DNA of 63,923 bases, the filler included, from Sluysia triapertura (Eukaryota), in assembly GCA_046118255.1 (NCBI GenBank). It is 5 parts of 5 records of this genome, joined end to end, with 100 filler letters (N's around TTAATTAATTAA, not from the genome) between each part and the next. Parts side by side here need not be neighbours in the genome. Positions count along the whole stretch, not along the records: positions 53,106 to 63,923 come from JBJNIA010193073.1; 4 more parts are not named here. One strand, given 5' to 3'. Made by a program: the position numbers and the translations under genes. How positions within the stretch are numbered: position 1 is the first letter of the stretch; each line of letters begins with the position of its first letter. The notes under the pieces are model-generated. The model was not told the origin of the DNA. It made no database searches and was given only the letters and a program-made list of their open reading frames with translations. Of this stretch, positions 53,106 through 63,923 are shown piece after piece.

Positions 53106-54067
53106 TCATTAGAAGAAAATTTTCTTTGAGTCTTATATTACATTTTCGAATAGCAAAAAGGTAATTTAAAAATTTAGTTGGAAAGAATGTCCCTGTGTCA
53201 TACTAGAGTCAGTGATTTGTATTATTTCAAACAAGTAAACATTCAACTAGTCAGATTTTACATCTTTCCCGTAGCCATACTTTAGGTCCGTCAAATTTAT
53301 GCTTATTTTAGCAAAATTAATACAAACTAAATAGGTTACAGATTAGCTTCTTTTATTTTCCAAATCAATTTATTTTTAAATTATTACTAAAATAATAAAA
53401 CAAATAAAATAAATTTTTCCAGAAAATACTTTGAAAAATAATATTTATACAGCTTGTTATCTTGCTTATACATGTATTATCTCATCATATTAAATTGTTT
53501 TCAATTTTATAATCGTTTATTTAAACGTTATAAATGTATCTCTAAATAAGAGTTATGAAAATAAAAAGAATTTCCGAAGAAACTGACTTCAACAATCAAA
53601 CCTATATCTTAATTCCATCTGCTGGATGAACCACATATTCCCACAGATTCATCAAGCATAAATACATTGGTATATGAATGTTATTAATAATACATTAATA
53701 TTTTTTTATTTAATCAAATAAATCCGCTCTAGCTCCACCCCATCTTTCATAAATGAATTAATTAGATTATCTAATTCTGTATCACATGTACCGATATCAG
53801 CTGATACCATTGGTGCATCATGATAATTTCCATCCATCGATCAATTTAAGTACACTAGACGATTTTAGTAAAATTAATATTGTACATGAATCACTGTATA
53901 CGAAAATGATGCAACAGAATGCGTGCCTCATATTTATCACAAATTTGTAGTGCATATACATGGGCAGCAAAATTTACTAACATAAATAGTACAAGGAGTT
54001 TAGTTAATGCGAGTGAATAAAAAAATTTAAGCGTATGTGTAGAAATTATTTTGGCATATTTTACGTC

Positions 54068-54420
54068 ATGTTAGCAAGTATTAATTACAAAGGTTACGTT
54101 TTAGATGATATTAGGCATTTAAAATTTAGCCAAAATATTATGTATGTAAATTAAAAGCTTACTTATTGGTTATTTTTGAAAATGTTAAGTGAGAATATAT
54201 TTCACATCCAATAAGAATCCAAATTCAAAGTAGACGAATTAATTAATTTATATAAGCTTGGTAAGTGATGCATGTTCGAACCTGAAATTTTTCCTGCCTT
54301 GCGTTATTTGAAATGCAATTATTTGTGTGCCAATATGTTTATTAGTGGTAAAGTTGTGTTTGGTTTTAAAAACATGCAATTCGCTAAGGTTGTAGAAAAA
54401 ATTAAAAATAATTGGATTAT
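54068..54420 (+). pseudogene. Divergent TBP-like protein (viral type), disrupted
   Basis: MLASINYKGY..IQIQS..INLYKLGK*CMFEPEIFPALRYLKCNYLCANMFISGKVVFG matches the second TBP repeat (YEPELFPGLIYRM..LIFVSGKVVLTG) but is far more diverged than canonical TBP. Internal stop and deletions. Confidence 0.75.
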
Positions 54421-54469
54421 TTCAAGTAAAAAAATTTAGAAAAATCATTTTGTTATTTTTAATAAATTA

Positions 54470-54900
54470 TTATGAATCAAATGGATCTTTTGCAGAGTTA
54501 CAATCAGCATCACATGCCTCTCAAAAATTTGGCCGAATTGAAGAGACTGTAGAACATATTATGGGAAGATTTGAGTCCGACAAAGAAACTTCGATCATTA
54601 TACTTGATGACAATTATTTTCCGGACTTATCGCAGAGTCCTGATCACTGTAAATTTTTATTAATTTTTAATTGATTTTTTATTTACTGCAGCTACAGAAG
54701 ATTCAAAATATTGGCCGAAAGAATCAAATAATTTTATTTTTTTAAATATATTGTAGTTTCAAATATTTTTTAATTTTTCATTTGTTTAGCGGTGTAAAAT
54801 ATTTGTCATGGTAACGCAAAAGCATTTTGTACAAAAACATTAAACACTAAAAACAATGTAGGGCAAAAAGTATACGCTTTGCATTAACTAAATCTTAAAT
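54470..54900 (+). pseudogene. Possible FtsK/A32-type packaging ATPase remnant
   Basis: Walker-B-like TSIIILDD (~54587-54610), followed in another frame by IFVMVTQKHFVQ (~54799-54834), like the hhhhTQNxF motif of Polinton ATPases. No Walker A seen. Confidence 0.4.
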
Positions 54901-54999
54901 ATGATTAGTATGATTAAACACTAAAAACAATTATTTATAATAATACACTATGTCCAGATTATGGTCATAATAAGAATTTAGGATGATGCACATATAGTG

Positions 55000-55380
55000 G
55001 CACAAATGTAGGACCATACAAATATTTTAATAATATGAGTGCAATTAATACAAGTGGTTTTACAAATACAAAAATAAATCAATTTGGCAAAATTATGAAA
55101 GTTATTTTGCGTGAAGATTTATCGACGTGCTTAGGATTTAGATTTCAAAGATTTGATAAAAATAGAACAGATAACTCTCTTTTACTGAATAAAGCTATCA
55201 ATCGCATGTTCATTTACTTGAACTTATTTGAACCGATTCATATTAAGTACCATTTATTTATCTCTACCTCATCATTTATAAACAATACAGAAGTTAAGAT
55301 TTGATGATTCCGAAAAATTAATTTATTTTTCGTACGGAAATGAAACAAATTTAATTCTGCATTTACGAAAAATACAATGA
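55000..55380 (+). pseudogene. Polinton minor capsid (penton)-like remnant
   Basis: LSTCLGF..D..INRMFIYLNLFEPIHI..SFINNTEVKI/(frameshift)DDSEKLIYFSYGNETNLILHLRK* follows the penton pattern L..+LGF..++Y.N++.P..I.+.+.D..G..+.F..G...+.LHFR. Confidence 0.65.
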
Positions 55381-55540
55381 TTACTGAAATGACTAAAGCT
55401 TATAGTCAACCACAAATGGATGGGAAACAATGTGGTTGAAACAATCGGAAGACTAGCTTTTCCTTTAATTAAGTGATTCGGACGATTTTTAGGTAGAACT
55501 TCAGAAGAAGTATTAGTTGTCGAAAGACCAATGGAAGTTA
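55377..55540 (+). pseudogene. Polinton basic core-protein-like remnant
   Basis: The ATG overlaps the upstream stop (ATGA). YSQPQMDGKQCG / VETIGRLAFPLIK*FGRFLGRTS resembles the Q.G.G...+.R.A.P++K..G+.+G+ motif. Confidence 0.45.
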
Positions 55541-55587
55541 TATAATTTCCTTTAATCAAAATTTACATTTACTTGAATTTAAGTGAA

Positions 55588-55658
<71 letters not shown>

Positions 55659-55676
55659 TAATAATAATAATAATAA
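55588..55676. repeat. Compound (AAT)n/(ATT)n/(AAT)n microsatellite
   Basis: Tandem repeats that switch orientation and form a potential hairpin. Confidence 0.85.
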
Positions 55677-56042
55677 CGAAATGAATTAATAAGAATTTTA
55701 TTTAAAGTACAATAATAAGGTAAATCACATTTTATGATATTGTATAAATTTATAATAAATAAATAAATAATTGATATGATAAATTCTATAATTATATATT
55801 TCAATGAAAATCTTTTATTTAGTAAAAAAATATCTTAAATTATATTTTATTGTAAAATAAAATAATTTTGAAGAAAAATTTGTGTATTTGAAATATTGAA
55901 AGATCGGATTGATAAAAGTTATCTGAAAATCAATCAAAAACTAGCAGAAATGCTATGTATATTTGAGCATTTGAATAAAATAATAATAATAATAGTAATA
56001 ATAATAAAGATAATAATAATAGTAATAATAATTATTATTAAC

Positions 56043-58727
56043 CTTTGTTTCTCTATCCAGAAGCCTAGCAATTACTATAGTACCGTTTGGCATAACATCT
56101 AAGGCTGTATCGTCGCTCCAAATTCGCTGAAAAATGACTTGCGCATTTACACCTTCATCGGGATCGTTCCAAAGCAAATTGCACACGGATGTTCCCATAT
56201 TAGCAGATTCATAAACAGAACATTCAGTTAAATTTTCTTGTTTCAATAAAGTCGGTGGATTATCGTTTTCATCTTGTATTTCCACGGTAACGATTGCTAT
56301 AGCTGAGAGAACATCGGCTTTGTTTGGAGGATTATCTTCAACTTTTACTTTTAACTGAAAGTGGATCAATTTAATAATAAAATTAAATTTCAACTTTTAT
56401 CATTATATAAATTTCAAGGCATAAATTAAAAATTAAAATTTAGTTTACAAATTTTAACAATTTCATTCGTAAATTTAAGAATAATATGCATTAATAAAAG
56501 CTTAGAGGTAAAAATATAAAATTTTTCATTCGTTATATTAAAAAATTCAAAGAAAAAATATCCATGCATTTTATAGTTGTAAAAAAATAACTAAAATAAT
56601 TTAATAAATTCGTAAAAAAATAATAATTACCTTTCAGATGTGAAAAGAATTCTTTGAAAAAGTATGTCTTAACATTCTGCATACATTAATATGTGTTAGA
56701 CTTAATTAAACGAGATTCGAACACGGTACCTCTTACATCACAACTGTATAATTCGATACTAACAACCGCGTCTAACAATTTTGTTTTATTATAGTCAATT
56801 ATGCTATCATTATTCTAAATGGCACTTTAAGCCTGAGCCATACAAATCCATTGGACCAATAAAATAAGAAAGTTAATTTTTTCATTAAACAAATTTATTT
56901 GAAAAGTCAGAAAGTCAAAACAACTGGACCGAATGGTAGGCGAAATGTTATTATAATTTTATTTTATATTGTCTTACACAAATTTCAACTTATAAACTTA
57001 TCTAATATAAAATTTATTTTCCTCATTATTATTTTTGTTACTTATTTATTTAGATAATTTTGTATTTATTAATATTTCATTAAAGACAATATAAATATTA
57101 TTTTATAAACTATTTTAAGACATAATAAGTTTTGCTTTATTTTCACTTATTAAAAACCAAACATTAGTTTCTGAAATATAAATAAATATAAATAGCTATA
57201 TAAGATAAAATAATATTGAGTTTAATCTATAAAGGTCTTTGAAAGATTTTGTTTATCATTTTTATTACCTTTCTTAATGTTCTTTTTTTCAAAATTTTTA
57301 TCAAATTACGATAAATTCTTAGAAATTTGTTTCGTTTTTATTACTTTTTTTGTGTAAAATTTCATTGTTTATTATTTAATATAAATGATAATTTAATCTA
57401 GTCTATTTTGATTTATAACATGGGTGTATTAAACAACAATGACGTTAACATTGACAATATGTTGATTGAAGATTTGCAATAATTTATTACTAAAGCCATT
57501 GTATGTTCAGAAAGATATTTCTTTAGTTGATTTGGGCAAGAATGAATTTCTGAAGTCACGGCATTGTATTATAAAAAAATAAAATATACAGATTAAATGA
57601 TCACGCATTAGATTTACATTAAACTAATTGCTACAAGTTTATAACAGTAAGTTAACATAAAAGCAACTCTAAAAATTATTTATTTTAAATTAAATTGGAT
57701 CCAAAGAAATATGAATAGGTAACTAGTGTCAATTCTAAACTCTTATAGCAGGATCCAGTTAGAGTAAACGACGTAAAAGTGACGTTCCTGTAACAAAACA
57801 TTTATAAATCTTAACGTGATATCTATCTTTTGGTTTTTATTCCTTCAGTTTTCCTCATAAAACTTAGCTAATTTCTTCGTAAATGTCGAACCGCTAATAA
57901 AACACTATAATTTATCCTCAAAAATTGATTTAATTATTAATATGTAACTCTCGAATGAAGAATTGTAACACCACTTTGTGTTAAACATGGAATTTTAATA
58001 AAAATGGGTATAAAGAATTAAAAACATAAATATTAATATTAGTAAATTTTATTAACGACAAACTTAAAATAAAAGATAAATCAGAATAGAGAGAAGGAAA
58101 ATAAAATATTTTAAAATTAAAGTCTTTTGGGTCTTTAATTTATTAATATTAAAATTAACAATCAGATTTTGCCCATCATTAAATCGGGATTAAATATTTT
58201 TATTCAAAATGATTTCAAAAGTTCAAATGACTTAACAATAATAAAACATATTACTAAAAAGATTGATTCCACTGATAGCGATTAAATTATGCTTCTTGGT
58301 TCTTATTTTGTCAAACCAAATTGGGAAATCAAAAATGACATGTTGAAATTGAATTATAGATTTTTAAATTTTGTTTCCGATTCATCTTTTATTCAGAAAT
58401 GTTATGTTTTCTAAAATTAAGTCAATTTTTGGTATTTTTAAGACTTAATGACAAAAAACAACAACAACAACAACAATAATAATAATAGAAATAAGAAGAA
58501 AATGAAATACAAATAAATAATATTTAAATAATAATATTAATGATGAAAATTATGATGTTAAAAATAATACATACTGTGTGTCGAGCCAGATGTTCTCTGT
58601 CCAGTAACATACCTCCGGCTACGGTTATTAATCCCGAATCTGAATTTATCCGGAAATATGGTGTCTCTTCCATGAGCGAAAACGATAAACGACTATTATT
58701 ATTTGAATCTTTATCACTTGCATTTAC
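56043..58727 (-). CDS. Cadherin-repeat protein (protocadherin/Fat-like), internal exons 58727-58575 and 56354-56043
   Basis: VNASDKDSNNNSRLSFSL..FRINSDSGLITV..LDREHLARHT|LKVKVED..VTVEIQDENDNPP..SVYESANMGT..NDPDEGVNAQV..LLDRETK shows the canonical AxDxD, LDRE and DxNDNxP motifs with phase-0 GT-AG junctions. A candidate upstream micro-exon ends at 59969 (DTGQWITK). Confidence 0.93.
56706..56834 (-). mobile_element. Diverged copy of the tRNA-containing repeat in a cadherin intron
   Basis: Minus strand aggcttaaagtgcc..aattgactataataaaacaaaattgttagac..tcgaattatacagttgtga..ggtaccgtgttcgaatc aligns with 5464-5597. Confidence 0.75.
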
Positions 58728-61700
58728 CTAAAATAGCAACAATTATCGATTATAAAAATTGTTACAATATTTATTAAAAATTATTATATATGAATGTTTT
58801 ATTACTTTTTGAACAAGCTCTTGAAATTATCAAATTAAATTTTCTAAACTAGGATTGTTATAGATAAATATGGTGGAAAGATGTGTATTACTGATATTTG
58901 TCAGAATAAGTACTAAGCTGGAAAATGTATTTCCTGAAGTCACAAAAGTGATTTGAGAAAATGCTTCGAATGCGGTTAACATGGTCGATTGTAAAAAGAT
59001 GATACTAAAATATTTTTAAAATGTATACACTTTCATAAATTAATTAATTATTAATATTAATTTTTTATTAATTTTTTATTAATTTATTAAATAAATAATT
59101 AATTTTAATATTTAAAATTATAAAAGTTATAGCATCAGTAATATTCTTCAGTAATATTAATACTTGTTTAATGCAACAATGCGATAATACACTCCACTTA
59201 AACTAATCATGAGCAATTTGCATTTTAATTTATACAAAATCATTAATTAACATAATGTACCACATTAAAAAATTATAAGTATTAATTCTACATTTACAAT
59301 AACTAAGAAATTTCATCAATTCACCTTTTCATCAATTTTAATACATTCAAGAAACACTTATTTTAAAATATTTTATTAACTTTAACCAAAACTAAGAAAT
59401 AAAAGTAATTTTTAATTTCATCAAACAATTTTATTCGATTTTAATATTTTTTATTTTATTTGATGAGCTTTTTAACAATGTTATCTTTATTTTAATTCGA
59501 ATTTTAAATGTTATATAAATTACGAAATAAAATTCTTCATGACAAAGGAATTCAATCAAATACTTCTATAGTGATATTTGAAAATAATAAAAATCGAGTA
59601 ATCAATTAGAAATTCATACACGAAGTACATTATAATTCTAAAATACATTAACGAAAATTACTTTAGTAGAGAATCATGAATATTCCCCATTGTTTATAAA
59701 TAATTGTTTATTAATAATGTTAATGAAGAGATTATTATTATTATTATTATGAAGAAATAAATATTCACAAATTTATAGCATAAAATTATATATTTTCTTT
59801 TAAACAGTATGGTATTTACGTATAATAAATAAATTATATTACTAGTATTTTATTATTACTATTTATTAACAATGAACCATGAATTTTAGTTAGTTTTTAT
59901 TTTTGAAATAATTATGATTTATAAAGTATAATAGATTAATAATAATATTGTTAACTATGTCACTTAACCTTTGTGATCCATTGTCCAGTATCAATGAACA
60001 TAATTCTATCAAAATTTCTTTTAAATTGTTATTTATAATCTTAAGTGATTGAGGTTTATCTATATCTTTATGTTTCAGTTAAATTTGTTGAAACTATAAA
60101 TCATGTTTTCTTATTTTAGATTATAACCTTAATAATTTATTTGCTAAATTTTAAATTAAATTAATTAATTTAAGTTAAGTTCAAACAGAGTAATATAAAT
60201 ATCTGTAATATTTTTCCATTACTCAGGTATAAAATATGATGTATTTTCCATTTATAATTTAATAAAAACAATATTTTAATAATTAATTTATATTTATTAT
60301 AGTGAATATTAAAAATGCCTAATTTTTGAAAATAGATAAAACTGAAGATTTTATTCAATCAAACATTCTAAACAATCTAAACTATCATAAAATCTAAGTT
60401 ATCATTAATAATAATTAAATATTTCATTCATTTTTGCTATGATTTATTAATATTTATTATATAATTGTTTCATTAAAATTTGTATTTATTAATTTCTTTT
60501 GTAAATAAAACACTGAAATTCAATATCAATATCAATTATTCTTTATTTATTTATTAATGAAGAAAATTAGAAGCGTATTATTTTTAAATACTATCAGAAA
60601 TATTGAAGCTTTTAACGGATTATCGTAAGATTTTAAAAATTGCTAAATCGTTAAAACTTATTATAAAATATAATAAGTAAAGTTAGTTGTAATAATTTCA
60701 CGACCTTACCAAAAATATCACTTTTTTTAGTCAGGAAATGTATTTAAATTTATAAAATGTCATATTTTGTATTGGAAATTTTGTTATTGCTGAAAAAATA
60801 AAACTTTTATAAAACTAAAATTAGTATTTATTATATTTGCCGTTTCATTTTGTTACTTCAGACTTCCGACAAGCATAATTTTAACTAAAACATATTACTT
60901 TACACCTTAAAGAAATATTTACTTAAGTTAAGCGTACGAATGCATTTTTAGTATAAATGGCTTCTTAGAGCCCTACACTTTTTATATTTATTAAAATTGA
61001 TGTGGTTTTACTTAAAAGTAATTGATCTACAAGGATGAGTGCACAAAAATCAAATTAGTGAGCTCTCTTGGATGCAAGATTTACAAACATAATGGCTATC
61101 CATAGGAGTTTGATAAGATAATGATAGAATTATTAACTACATCGAAAAACTATAATTATAGTTGCAAATTTTTGATCTTATATTCAAAAGATTATTTATA
61201 AATGATTTTATGTTCTTATTTAATTTATTACATCGAAAGAGTGATTTTGTAACTTTTAAAAATGAGACGAATTTTATACAAAATTATTTACTTTTCCTCA
61301 TTTTATGGACTTATTAAATATAGTCGTCCATTTTATAATTAAAAATGGAAGCTATACGAAATTAATAATTAGCGAAATCCAAATTATTGTTACAATGGAT
61401 AAGTAAGTAATAATAAAAATTAAAGATATATGAAACAGTTATTGAATCTATTAATAAAGGATTTTTACTGGAATGAATCGAAATTGTATGAAGTAAATAA
61501 ATAATTTATTTATTGGTAAATTTCCTCGATACTATATCTACATTTTCAAATTATAATCTTTAAGCTGGAGCTATTTTCATAACGCAAGACACACTAATAA
61601 ATCACCTTCATGAGTATGTTATTCTTGGGAAGTTTGTATATAAGTATTATAAACATTTGAGCAGAAGCTGTTTTAATATGAAAATCAAAAAGGAAATAAA

Positions 61701-63923
61701 CATGAGAAATATAAATAATAATTATAATCATCATGTATGCACACATTTTACACTTTGTTCACTTTCATTATCGCTAACAGAAAAAGTTAACATGCAATTA
61801 ATGGCGTAGATCATTGCTGGTGATTATGATATTCTTCTTATTATTATTATATATTTGGAATTTCAGAATCTTTACATTTCTATTTTTTCAATTTATCCCA
61901 TATAAGTAATTATCTTTTGATTCAATTTCTTTCATTATCAGCATGTTTATTTCAAGTCGAACAAACTTTTAGTAATAAATGATTGCTTGAGTTTCTCTAA
62001 TGATATCCTGTATAAATGACGATCTAAAATTCAAGTTAAGCACTATATTAGAAGTGACAAGTCTTTGAACTATATATTAACAGTGAAATACATTGCGTCA
62101 AGTCGTACAGGTAAATAATAATAGAGCAAGAATATAAAACAAAGATAGAACGATAACATCAACAGAACGATGACTTCAACACTCATAATAAGAATAAAAT
62201 AAGAATAATAACCGATAATAAGAATAGTGACAGTAATGCAACGTGAAACAATAATAATAATAATAATAATAAAGTTGTACTGTATTGTTAGTAATTTGAA
62301 TTGTTGTGTGTAATGATATAAAATCGTAGTTTAACCTTATTTTAATTGTTGTGTGTAAATTATTGCTAAATTTTGATTATTGTTTTGAGGTTTAATTCAT
62401 CATTTAATCAAACACAATTTCAATAATTACAACAAAAAGTAAAAAATTTTAATGAAAAAATTATTGTAACATGGATAAATCACTAATATCAAAATATTAT
62501 ACAAAATCACATATTAGATAAAATTAATTACAAATCTTAATTAATAAATAAATAATAACAATATTTATTTATTATACTATTTGCAGTATTAACAATGTAT
62601 ATAAAAAGTTAATTTCATCTATATTTTGTTATATAAATTTTACTTAACCAAATAATACCAATTTTATATAGCTGATGAACGTAAAGTTTTTATGACATTT
62701 CTTGCATTAAATTTAAAGTACAACAGTTAATTGAATAATATATTATTAATAATAAAATTGTTATTTTAAAGCATTTATTATTTTCAAGGAAAAACTAAAG
62801 ATTTAAAAGATTAAATTAATATATTTTATAGAAGTATAAATTACACAATTAATTTTCAATATAAAATTAAATTTTAAAGAAAAAAATGTAACTTTTCATG
62901 GATTTAGTATGAACGTTTTTTGTTTAATAATTTCACATTGTTTTAATTAAATAAAATTTTAAATTATCGTCACAGTAACATTTTAGTTACAATTATATAA
63001 TGATTTAATTTAAATATTTTATAAATATTTTATATAATTTTTAATTAAAATCAAAACTAAACAAGAAAAATTAAATAAATCATATTTTACAAATAATTTA
63101 TTCATTTTCTTCAAAATTTAATAAATTAAAGCTATATATTTTTTAGGAATTTTCTCCGTAATTATGAAAACAGTATCAAAGTTTCATACTAAATTCATAG
63201 AAAATTAATTTATATATATTATTAATTAAATTTATTGAAAAAATCCTAAGGAAGTTATATTTCAAAATTAATATTTCTAATAAATTTTAGTTAATTTTTA
63301 AACTAATTTTAATTTTAATTAGTTAAAATAATTTGAAAATTCCAATTATTATTAAAATTTATTAATTAAATCGGTTTAGAGTTTTTGTTTAAAATGTATT
63401 AAAATTAGAATTAATACAAAAACATATTTAATTATTTTTCAAATAAAATAGTAAAGATCCATTTTTTGTTTAAGTATGACATTTAATTAATTAAATTTTG
63501 TCAGCGAAAAATTTTTCTTCCATAAAACCTACAATGAAAAGACGTTTAGTGTTAAATTCATTATAGAAAGATTTTATTTGGAATTGTTAAGATAAAATTA
63601 TATTTTGTCAAATAAAAGTACATTAATAATAATAATTATTATTATTGTAATATTAATACAATTATTCTTAGTATGGGTAGTAGGGCGTGAGTTTGTTTAT
63701 AAAAATTTGATTTATTTATCTTACAATTAATTTTATTATACAACGACTTATTATTATAATTGTCAGGTATGGATAGATTATTATAAACGATGTGCTTAAG
63801 GCACTTAAGTTTTTTTACTTTAAATTTTCTAAAAAATAATTCAATGTAAGACACAAGACTTTTATTAAAAGCGTTTTTTAATACATTTACCGTTAATTGA
63901 ATCATAGTATCATTATATTTATT

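Larger units (their letters stand above)
54068..55540 (+). mobile_element. Decayed Maverick/Polinton-like (adintovirus-like) endogenous viral element
   Basis: Four tightly packed, co-oriented, disrupted ORFs: TBP-like, packaging-ATPase-like, minor-capsid-like and core-protein-like (see sub-features). Confidence 0.65.

Noticed and set aside
58540-58731. Plus-strand ORF (63 aa), and similarly 55896-56102
   Set aside because: Antisense shadows of the cadherin exons and adjacent microsatellite.
60170-63905. AT-rich ORFs 60170-60358 and 63642-63905 (also 23254-23526, 29904-30254, 49807-50004)
   Set aside because: I/L/F/K/N/Y-dominated composition expected from random AT-rich DNA, with no splice or motif support.

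Overview
AT-rich eukaryotic (invertebrate-like) nuclear DNA. The window is not continuous: five contigs (1-11924, 12025-23085, 23186-37445, 37546-53005, 53106-63923) are joined by an artificial 100-nt N44-TTAATTAATTAA-N44 spacer. Manual splicing recovers host genes the ORF track misses, many with 34-50 nt introns: the 5' half of mitochondrial ornithine carbamoyltransferase (OTC), a BACK-domain protein with a hydrophobic tail, a glypican, a 71-aa secreted Cys-rich cationic peptide, an ankyrin exon, a coiled-coil protein and cadherin exons. The rest is mostly decayed mobile DNA: hAT, piggyBac, Tc1/mariner, a pogo-type MITE, LINEs and a tRNA-containing repeat family. The most notable items are (i) a decayed Maverick/Polinton-like virus relic at about 54.1-55.5 kb carrying a TBP-like gene beside ATPase-, minor-capsid- and core-protein-like remnants, (ii) the Cys-rich peptide, and (iii) the tRNA-like repeat with a conserved upstream leader, flanking inverted repeats and a split, re-amplified variant. 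All family calls come from motif recognition by eye; no database searches were run.
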